Below are positions 53,075-62,414 of a stretch of 64,000 nt of DNA, in pieces. Location: NCBI RefSeq assembly GCF_001194135.2, contig NC_068992.1, positions 44,949,670 through 45,013,669 on the forward strand, written 5' to 3'. The DNA comes from Octopus bimaculoides. Its lineage: Eukaryota. Each line of letters opens with the position of its first letter. The first letter of the stretch is position 1. The notes under the pieces were generated by a model. That model was not told the DNA's origin. It did no database searches and saw nothing but the letters and a program-made list of their open reading frames with translations. A program made the translations under genes and the position numbers.

Positions 53075-56000
53075 GAGTCAGAGAGCAGCGCATGCTATCA
53101 AAGTGATACTGGGGTAAAATATACGAAGGCCAATATACCCGCCATGACTAACCATCTGAAAAGGGTACACTGATACGAGCATCACAACCATATGTGCGCA
53201 ACATGGTGATCTTATATCAAGATAAACAATGCATGGCCTTGCAGGTAGGGTCCAGTTAGAATTTTGTACAGTTTAAGTAGCCCTTCTTGCACAAAAGGTC
53301 CCTGAACAAGGTTACTTTGAGGATGATGAATAAAACACCCATGTTTCCAGAGGTGAATTATTCAAAACTCAAAAAATTCCTCTCAACACATGACTATAAT
53401 ACCCCACCACCTACTATTTCTGCTCATGATCAGAGATGCATATCGTCAGCCACTAAGGGACATGCTCAACTGGTTATGGTCAAGCAACTAACAAGCAAAT
53501 CTGTAATATGGAACAGAATATTTGCTGTAGCCCATCTTTTATACCAAAACAAAGCTATACTACTTCTGTCATGCCACCACCGTAGTTAACTGGATTACTG
53601 AAGCAATGAATCATTATAGCTACCTCATAGATCAGCTCATATTAATCAACACATTCTTTCACCTTCACTGCTATTGTAGTTATCACACATCCTGGTGAAT
53701 ATCTTGGATTAGTTATCGGAAATTTAGATAACAAATAAATCACTATTCAATACATAAATGCCATTCTCAAGAATATCTGTTGACCTGTATATAGAAAAAC
53801 TTATCTTCATCCTGCATAATTTATCTCTTAGATCTAAGAGATGTATGAAATATTATTTGTATAACTTATGGTGTATGTGTGTGTGTGTGTATGTGTGTGC
53901 GTGTGTGTAAATTGTGTGTTGTAGTAGTCATCCCAGATAAAAATAATAATCTCTTGTCAATTGAGAAATTAACGGTTTTGAGTCCTAATTCTAATCAAAC
54001 TGTTTATGTCGCTTAAGCTCCAAAGAAAAGTACAAATGTAATAAAATTACGAATCCTTACTGTTAAACATCTAGTAAACTGATATCAGAGCGATATTATA
54101 AAGCAACGCTTGTTGTCGCCACTCGTTTCGCTTTCTACATATCAATAAAAGTTCGTATCTGATGCCCGTATCATGGGTTATTTTTATTCTACGTTACACG
54201 AAAATATCTGGCATTGCTAGAATTTACTGAAGCAAAGAGATACTTTCACATAATGATTCTACACACTTGAAATTGTAACTAAACTTCCCCAAAATCACAG
54301 CCTACTTCTTGAAACAATATAACTCGTTATGTAATGTAGTCTTGCATAAGAATAAAAAAAACAGAAAAGTCGCTGGGGGCCATAGCTTAACGGAAACATA
54401 GAGTTCAAACTGTGCTTGACGGAGAGGACAATTATCCTGAAAAATTCTTACGATACGGTGCTTTCTTGAAGTCAAAATGTGTAATCTTTTGCCAGTGCAT
54501 TTATGACAGAAAACTCGTTCGAGGACTAGGGAAAGGAAAACACTTACTCGGACTGGCAGACAGAGGCAGCGACAGCAGTGTCTATTCTAGTATAGTCAAT
54601 CTTTTATCACTGGTAGGGAGGTGAAGTGCTGCGGCCTCTAGCGGTTCAGTGTCCATCATTGACAACAACAAACAAGGTCGAAAGTCAATCTTTTATCACT
54701 GGTAGGGAGGTGAAGTGCTGCTGCCTCTAGCGGTTCAGTGTCCATCATTGACAACAACAAACAAGGTCGAAATCACATGGACTGGTGGTCTCGACGCTGG
54801 AGGTAATGAGGATTTTTCTCCCCGCTAGCGATGTAAGCAAAAGTGCATTCTGCAGAAAAAACTCATTTGAGGTTTCCTCTAATTGTAACTACGGCAAAAG
54901 AAATGCTCCTTGATTTGCTGGTGGCACCATCTATTTCCTTTGCCTCAGTTCAAGACATTTCTATCGCGAAGTGATGCGTATGTTCGCCACTTGCCATTCT
55001 CACCAGCGTAAGTGTAGTTGATAGAGGACTCCAAACCAGCTATAGACACTCGATGTCCAAAAAAGACAAAACATGCTGACCAGGTGTTTACCATCGATGT
55101 ACAGCAGCCCAGCACCACCTATTGACACGCATCGGGTGTATTTTGGAATGCTAAATCAATATATAAGTAATTTAAATTGTCTACAACAAAAAGAAAAACT
55201 ACTGACAAAGATTGGTTTTGTAAAATGTGGCCAGGAACTACAAAATCATAATATAGTTGGGAAGCATTGAGTTTAGCAGTGCCCCTAAATTCGTACGTCT
55301 GCAAGCAAATATTCTACATGCCTCTCACTAACTGTCGCATTCCAATTCGTTACGTATTTTTCGACTTCATTAAGGATACATACATATAAAATTCACTCTC
55401 GTTTCCAACACGCAGCTAATAGCTTCAAATTCTTGTTTGATTTTACAACATTCGCTTTAGTGTTAGTATTATTGAAATGATTGCTATCTCACCGTAGAGT
55501 GGTGTTTAAATAATATTTTCTGACGTAACTGGCAATAAAATTTCTAAAATACTTGTCCAGGCTTTCCTCAAACTCCAATATGCATTGTGGAGGTAAAAAA
55601 CATAATTTATGGAGAATGCGTTGCAAATATAAGGCTTTAATCGTTTCTCTTGACCAACAGTTTCAAGTACACGTTATATTTTATGGTTAACAAAAATGCT
55701 CCGATGTTGAATAATAAATGTCGTAGTATTTGAGAATTTTATTATTTTTGAATTTGGTCTGCGAGCAACTTTTCGAAACCATTCTCATTGAGTCGCACTC
55801 TAAAGAATAATTTAAATTAATGAAAAAGAGATCCTTATAAAATATTATATAAGAGATGGATGAAGATTTCTTTTCTGACGTAGCATTTCCTATCCCAAAC
55901 GTATTACTCCATTATAGATTCTAGATTGCGAAGAAAAATCGAAACCCATTTTCTCTCCATTTTCCTTACTGTTAAATATTCTCATGTTTCCACTGGCGTT

Positions 56001-59000
56001 AAATATTCTGAGTTCCTTTAGAAATAAACTATTTCTATAACATTTACACTTCCATTGTTATCTTCATTAACATTTGAAAACTTTTCGATTTTCTGTCAAG
56101 GACTTTCTTTTAATAATTTATAGCTTTCTTTTCACAAAGGACTGGCAATGTCGTATCAGTGGATGTTGGAGTGGGAAACAACGATCGAACGATGATGCCA
56201 GTCCATATGTCAGTACCACCAGCAGCAATTCAGAGAACGGCCAACTTTTCTAAAAAGAGATTCCGTGAGTTATCTACAAAAACATAAGAGCTTCACCTGT
56301 GATATTTTCTTTTTGTTTGACTTCCCAGAAAATAATTCAGAACAGGATCATATGGATATCTCATGGTCGCATTTATTAAATAAAATGCGTTTTTATTTAT
56401 TTATTTTTTAATAATTATGATCAAATTTTTCTTTTGTCATTATCGTTCTTTCTAATTATTATTTTGAAAGACGTTTCAACACCCACCCCACATTATTTTG
56501 ATATTTAAAGATTCAAACATGGAATAAAAGAAATGAATATTGGAATTCTTCGCAAGTGGGCGACTCGTTCACTTTATCTGTTTTTATTAGACTCCTTTAT
56601 TTTCGAAATTCAACAAAGGCTGTTATCTTTATTTTTCAAAGATTTATTACTTCCTCCTGATCCCGATGGAATATTGATTTCAAATAGCCCGAATCAATAA
56701 CATTCAAAGTATTTTGACGTGGCCTACACACGGTAGCAGTTAAAATAATATTATTAATATGGTTAATAAATAGCTGGCAATGATTATTAAGAACTCTGAA
56801 AGTGTTGAACACAATAAAAGACAAACGAAGAAAGAAGAGAATTCTTTCTGCTTCAATAAGACAGCAGTTACAAACGGCTATACCACTTTAACACTTTAAT
56901 AATGATGCAGTGTACAAACTTGAGCACATAGAAATGCGACTGTATTCCTTACTATATCCTTTACGGCTGGACAGATATTAGACAGAGGTAGATTCTGATT
57001 TTTTTATAACTATTCGGCTACTGTTTCCATTTTTTGTCTTACTTCAATGCCAGCCAGTTTATACCCTTCTCCTTAATTATATATATGATTGTGTGCGTAT
57101 TTATTATACATATATACGTATGTATTCTTATGAATATATGCATAGATGTATATGTGTGTATGTATATATATNNNNNNNNNNAATCACAGCCGATGTAAAT
57201 TATTTGTAATTATTCTGCTGATAGGATACTCAATTTTTCATCACCCTCTTATTAGTTACGAACTCCAAATCATGAATTGGATTACCTTTGCATCTATTTG
57301 AAAATATAAACACGCTCATATATATACAATTATAAAGGCAGAAGAAAAATTTCTATGCCAATATGCTGATAAGTCTATTTATCAGCATAGTGGCACAGAA
57401 ATTTTTCTTTTTCCCTTATTTATAATTGTTTATAATTTTCACCTTAAAAGGTATCTTAATATGCTGGCCACTTGATGAAATACTTTGAAAAATGTTATCT
57501 TCTATTAAAAGTATATATATTGACCGTTGACTGAACACTATTCAATTTTTTTTCTCCGTGTTTTTCTCCTTGTCTCCGTATTCTTTCTGTTGAAGAGCGT
57601 AGCTCGAAACGTCAAAGACTTTCCGTATTCCCGAGCGTCATACTAATATATACTTTTGTTATTTACACCACCTGTCCTCGTCTGTTGTTATTATTTGTAT
57701 ATTCTCCCATATATATATATATATACACGCACACACATACACTTACACAAATATATATATATGTACGCACATATATACGTAAGCACACACATATATGTAT
57801 GTATATGTAATGTTGTGTGATGAAACTTGGTTGCGACAAGGTTTTTGAAAATTTGGCATCGGTATCCTGGGAATAAATGAAATTCACCAGCCTCTCAGTA
57901 ATAATGGTTGACGAGATATTTCAATTCTCAACATCATTATTTTTCTTTATTTAACAGACAATGATGTTGCACTGTTGACATTGCCACATGCTCTTTCCTT
58001 CACACGTTGTATCCATCCTCTGCCGCTTGCTTCAGCGCAAGATGACTTTCAACCAACATGCGTCATTGCTGGATGGGGGAAAACGCAAAGTAAGTAGTGT
58101 GTTCTATATATTTCTGTGTGTGTGTGTGTGTGTAATTATTACTGTTTCACTATTAATAACGTTGAGTCAGCACTCATCATCAAATTCAGATAATCTCTAC
58201 GTTTCAAAATGTTGCAAAGGTATTAATTTATCAGCTGACCAACAAGATAACTGAAGACAGCTGTGGCAGAAATAAGAAATATCCGGATTAATCCGCTAGC
58301 AGTGAGGTACGATTTCAACTCAGGCTGTAGTGATCCAGACCTAACAAACATAATGCATGTTGTTTCATAATGATCTGCCTACTTCTGTCAATACGTCTTC
58401 CCCACAGTTATGTAGTCTTCAAATTACTGATTACTGATCCCTGTGAACCATGTGCACTATGGAATCTTGATCAGGTTATTTGGTATGTAAAAGATAGCAG
58501 CAATTAGTCCTCCGATGAAGAACGCATTGAATACTGAATCATCTCGGAATGCACTGTTTGCACAAATTACAAAAATCCTTTGTCTGCCTCATCAGTAATT
58601 ATATCTTTTCCATCGCGGCTGGCTTGAAGTAAAATAATAATAATAACGCAAATTCATACGTTAGCCAAACATGGAATATCCATCAAGTCACTCGACCCCC
58701 AGAGACAACAGCCAAACAGCTTTTAAATTGAACACTATGTTCTTAAAAAAAGTTATATGAATTGGATAATGTAATCGTAAATAAAGATTGTCGTAATAAA
58801 AAAAACTAGTTAGGTCAGAGTTGGTATATCTTCAACCATTTAGTAGTGTCAATGAGGTTAGAGACAGCTTATTGATAAACATTACCAAATATGTTGCTTC
58901 GAAAATATAATTGAAAAATATAAACACTTTTCTGTATTTATTTGGTATGTTACTATCCACTAAATTTCCTATTACTCAGAAGTTATCTTCTAGTACTAAA

Positions 59001-59344
59001 GAAACGTTTAATTCTGTTAACTGTGACGATTTATTACAACTTCCAAATTGTCTCTAATTTTATATTTCAGACGGCAAGTATCCCGACCGGCTCCAGTACG
59101 GTAAAGTTCAGTGGTATCCTACATCGTTTTGTCAAAATATGTTCGGTGGTTTAACCTCATCGCAGTTCTGTGCTGGGTCAGCTTCGAATAACATTGAAGC
59201 ATGTCACGTGAGTTGATTTAACATCAGAATTTCCATCTTCATAAGGTAACTGGACGTGCATGTTTCAAATAAAGTTAATAATTTCTTTGACACATTAATA
59301 CTATGAAACAAATACCCGAAACAAGGTGTGAGGGCGTGAGTATG

Positions 59345-59376
<32 letters not shown>

Positions 59377-59382
59377 TGTATG

Positions 59383-59430
<48 letters not shown>

Positions 59431-60891
59431 CATCTATATATATATGTATATATGTAATACATTTCTCAGAGAGATTTATACAGTAGTAAAACGATAAAGT
59501 GGTGGTATGTCCCATGAAAAGGAATAATACTACTGCTATTTAGCCCTAGGAAGCACCACTTCCTGTCGGCCTTGAAACATTTCCTGTGTCATTATGTTTA
59601 TAAATGAGGAGATAACCACCTCCACCCAGCAAAGACTAGTTTCTGAGTCATTGCTCGTCATCAGTCTGGAGTAGCATGGCTTGCTTGCTGTCGATCAATC
59701 TACAAACCTTATTTTGGACTACCGAGCCCACCAAAACACATGTTGGATTTGTGATACTTTTCTTCAACTCCTTTAATTCTTGATATCATTTCTATTCTGT
59801 GTATATCGGACCCTTTTGTATGTAAACATATAAACATATTTAGCATTTCATATATCTAATTATTTAATATATATTAACCTGCCTAACTCGCTTATCCTTA
59901 TATTTACTTCTCTTTCTCTCTCTCCCTCTTTCTCACTTTCTATATATATGTATATATATANNNNNNNNNNNNNNNNNNNNNNNNNNNNNNNNNNNNNNNN
60001 NNNNNNNNNNNNNNNNNNNNNNNNNNNNNNNNNNNNNNNNNNNNNNNNNNNNNNNNNNNNNNNNNNNNNNNNNNNNNNNNNNNNNNNNNNNNNNNNNNNN
60101 NNNNNNNNNNNNNNNNNNNNNNNNNNNNNNNNNNNNNNNNNNNNNNNNNNNNNNNNNNNNNNNNNNNNNNNNNNNNNNNNNNNNNNNNNNNNNNNNNNNN
60201 NNNNNNNNNNNNNNNNNNNNNNNNNNNNNNNNNNNTGTATCCACTCCACAGCGTCCTCAGCAACAAAAGAATTTCAATTTTAATCTATTTTATCTCCCTT
60301 AAAGTGTTTTTATTCTTTTTGGCATCTCGTTTACTTAAAAGATACTATATAATTGCTTGCGACATTGCACATTTAACCGTAGATTGGTATTTTATAAATC
60401 GATGATCGATGTCAGTAAGAAAACAATATTATTTGCATTTCATTTTCTAATTTCTAAAGGGAGATTCTGGAACCCCTTTGATGTGCCGGCGACATTCGGA
60501 TAATGCTTTGGTTGTAGCGGGGATTACTTCGTTTGGGTACAATGATTGCCAAAATGGTGTAGCTGTATATACCAAAGTTGCTGATTACCTTTCGTGGATC
60601 AACTATATGAGAAATTATCCGAACGAGACGCCAATTCAACCTGTAACTTGTCCCACACAACAGCAAATCAGAAACGGTGAACGTGACGAAGATCGGGACG
60701 ACGATTATTATCGGGACGACGATTATTATCACAATGCAGAAGATGATGAAGATGATGCTGACGAACTGGGAGAAAAGTATGCACATTATTCTGATTATCC
60801 TTTCTATAGAATGCATTATAACCAAATAGGACACGATGTTTATAATTTCATGCACTCCTTTATCAAAGGAGCCCACATGAACAATAAATAA
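49923..60891 (+). CDS. Secreted peptidase S1 family serine protease (trypsin/chymotrypsin-like), 6 coding exons, 348 aa, with acidic Tyr/His-rich C-terminal extension
   Basis: Manual splicing of six exons (76+145+125+132+137+432 = 1047 nt) gives one open frame with intron phases 1,2,1,1,0: MFSSCQTILVLFIIILPSILG-RHAHNRK-IWNGVQAQNCQFPWLAVL...LCGGTIIDSKHILTAQHC...HNDVALL...CVIAGWG...FCAG...EACHGDSGTPLMC...GITSFG...VYTKVADYLSWI plus a 92-aa tail. Catalytic His57/Asp102/Ser195 motifs are all present. No orthologue name can be given without a search. Confidence 0.93.
50157..50300 (-). mobile_element. SINE family A copy in protease intron 1
   Basis: TTTCAAATTTTGG..AAGTCGAT..GAACTCAGAACGTAAAGACGGACGAAATGCC..TTGTCCGGCGTGC. 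Confidence 0.85.
50310..50431. repeat. (AAC/AAT)n + (TAG)n microsatellite in intron 1
   Basis: Direct inspection. Confidence 0.93.
50438..50524. repeat. 87-bp near-perfect inverted repeat (foldback) in intron 1
   Basis: Left arm ACTCGGACTTTCACGTTCCCGTTTATCGGAGAGTTTTAGAAA versus reverse complement of the right arm ACTCGGAGTTTCACGTTCCCGTTCATCGGACAGTTCTGTTAGAAA; centre is the perfect palindrome TAGAAATTTCTA. Confidence 0.92.
52467..52611 (+). CDS. Protease exon 2: activation site RK|IWNG, FPW, CGG and catalytic His (TAQHC)
   Basis: Acceptor ttacag|, donor TT|gtaagt; translation RKIWNGVQAQNCQFPWLAVLNIKTEESTSLCGGTIIDSKHILTAQHC. Confidence 0.95.
53075..53615 (-). mobile_element. Interspersed repeat family D (retroposon-like, (AAT)n tail on minus strand), longest copy
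   Basis: 53075-53235 is homologous to 61543-61709 and 62426-62443; every copy abuts an (ATT)n tract. The extent beyond 53240 is less certain. Confidence 0.65.
54594..54771. repeat. Tandem duplication, 2 x 89 bp, one mismatch
   Basis: AGTCAATCTTTTATCACTGG...AAACAAGGTCGAA starts at 54594 and at 54683; the copies differ at GCGGCC/GCTGCC. Confidence 0.95.
56140..56264 (+). CDS. Protease exon 3
   Basis: Acceptor ttttcacaaag|, donor C|gtgagt; phase 2 to phase 1 fits both neighbours; open translation TGNVVSVDVGVGNNDRTMMPVHMSVPPAAIQRTANFSKKRF (V-x-V-G pattern typical of this part of the fold). Confidence 0.85.
57545..57700 (+). mobile_element. Penelope-type terminal repeat fragment (second family) with hammerhead-like motif, in protease intron 3
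   Basis: TCTTT-CTGTTGA-A-GAGC-GTA-GCTC-GAAAC-GTC-AAAGA at 57582-57618. Confidence 0.6.
57958..58089 (+). CDS. Protease exon 4: catalytic Asp (NDVALL) and CVIAGWG
   Basis: Acceptor tttatttaacag|, donor A|gtaagt; translation NDVALLTLPHALSFTRCIHPLPLASAQDDFQPTCVIAGWGKTQ. Confidence 0.95.
59071..59207 (+). CDS. Protease exon 5: LQYG..C..FCAG..EACH
   Basis: Acceptor ttttatatttcag|, donor CAC|gtgagt; translation GKYPDRLQYGKVQWYPTSFCQNMFGGLTSSQFCAGSASNNIEACH. Confidence 0.95.
60460..60891 (+). CDS. Protease exon 6: catalytic Ser (GDSGTP), domain end and C-terminal tail, stop TAA
   Basis: Acceptor tttctaaag|GGA GAT TCT GGA; in frame with ORF track 60478..60891; GITSFG and VYTKVADYLSWI motifs. Confidence 0.96.
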   Translation, partial: GDSGTPLMCRRHSDNALVVAGITSFGYNDCQNGVAVYTKVADYLSWINYMRNYPNETPIQPVTCPTQQQIRNGERDEDRDDDYYRDDDYYHNAEDDEDDADELGEKYAHYSDYPFYRMHYNQIGHDVYNFMHSFIKGAHMNNK

Positions 60892-61100
60892 AGCACGTGA
60901 TGCTTCAAATAATTATTTCTTCTGAGTATTTCTTCTGCCCTGAATATCTATTTCCGTGTATGATGTTTTTACTGGTTAAAATAGTTAATTAAGGCAGGTA
61001 ATTATGTGTTCTGGCTTCATTATTGTTTACTGATTTTTTTTTTCTTTAGACTATAATGGACTGCAGAATATTACAGATCTTATTATTTTGTTTTTTGTTG

Positions 61101-61106
61101 AATAAA
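61101..61106 (+). promoter_or_regulatory. Candidate polyadenylation signal of the protease gene
   Basis: First AATAAA fully downstream of the stop codon (~210 nt 3' UTR). Overlapping AATAAA hexamers also lie across the stop (60883-60892). Confidence 0.45.
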
Positions 61107-61542
61107 TGGATTTTCGTTCTATTAATCTACAAACCAATTAGTCTTCGTTAATTGTGGTTCAACCAGTTTATCGCATGTTATCGATGATGATCTGAAAATT
61201 TCGCTAAAACCTTGAAAAAACACATAAAACCAAATGTTTGTTTGCATGTACGTTTGTAGATATGCACACATGTATACGTATGTATAAGCTCACGCTGTTG
61301 TGTGTATATGTCATATTTTCTCATCCAAGTAAACCAGCGTTGTAAATTAATGTTCTATACTTTCCTCTTCATTATACATACACGCATATATGATATAAAT
61401 CTATACATAGTTATATACATATGTATGTAGGTAAGCATATAATATATGCAAGTATTTATATATGTAAATACATACATGTATCTACATATATATGCATATA
61501 TCATCATCATTATTATCACAGTCATCATCATTATTATTTATT

Positions 61543-61709
61543 CAGTGAGAGAGCAGTGCATACCATCAAAGTGACACCAGAGGTATAATATGCGAAGCCC
61601 GGTATACCAATCATGATTACCCGTATGATAAGAGTATACCATGCACGTGCATCAAAACCACATGTGCGCGACATGGTGGTCTCATATCAAGATAAACAGC
61701 GCATGACCG
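61543..61709 (-). mobile_element. Repeat family D, truncated copy
   Basis: GTGAGAGAGCAGTGCATACCATCAAAGTGACAC..CATGGTGGTCTCATATCAAGATAAACAGCGCATG aligns with 53075-53235. Confidence 0.75.
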
Positions 61710-61940
61710 TATGTTTCAGGAAAAAACGACAGTCGAGTATAGCGCATTAATTTGAAATTAAAGTGACAAGGGAATACGAAATTGTATCTGCTTTGAAATG
61801 CAATGCACTCACAGTTAAGTGCTTGTGTATCACAGCTTTAAAAATGAAGTACCATTATGAGTGGATTGCATCTTATAGTCGAAACAGCTATAAGCTAATG
61901 AAGTTCATGATAATTTCTTATTCTCTTGTAATTTTAATTT

Positions 61941-61976
<36 letters not shown>

Positions 61977-62013
61977 TAATTAATTCCTATGCGCGTTTTA
62001 CGATATCAGCTAC

Positions 62014-62177
62014 TTGGAACACAGTATTGGATGTTCCAAGAACATTTGGATGCCTTAAGATAAGGGATCTCATATCAGCGATGTCAGATCTCTGTAACGC
62101 GCAATTAAGTGTTCCAACGATGATCCATTGCAGTTAAGCAACCGAATGCACTTGGAACCGCCAATGTTGAGTTCCAA
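62014..62177. repeat. Pair of inverted 26-bp palindromic units (TTGGAAC-N5-ATTGG-N2-GTTCCAA)
   Basis: Unit 1 (+) 62014-62039 TTGGAACACAGTATTGGATGTTCCAA; unit 2 (-) 62152-62177 reads TTGGAACTCAACATTGGCGGTTCCAA; extra GTTCCAA at 62111. Confidence 0.75.
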
Positions 62178-62371
62178 ATAACTGGAATGGTAAAACGTAC
62201 GTAAGAATTAATAATCTACATCTATCTTTATTTTAATTTTCCACAGCATATGTCATGCATATCGTAACACGTTAGACTGCTAAGTACAGTGATCTAACCA
62301 GTAAAGTGGAAGTTGATTGGATAATGATCTCTATATCATACAGTAATATTCGTAGATCTTACTGTATGCAC

Positions 62372-62414
<43 letters not shown>

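Noticed and set aside
44894-58296. Shared 13-mer GCTAGCGGATTAA on opposite strands at about 44894 and 58284 (includes a K50 homeodomain site)
   Set aside because: Exact 13-bp matches are expected by chance in 64 kb on two strands.
60454-60876. 140-aa minus-strand ORF overlapping exon 6
   Set aside because: Antisense shadow of the real coding exon; no independent features.
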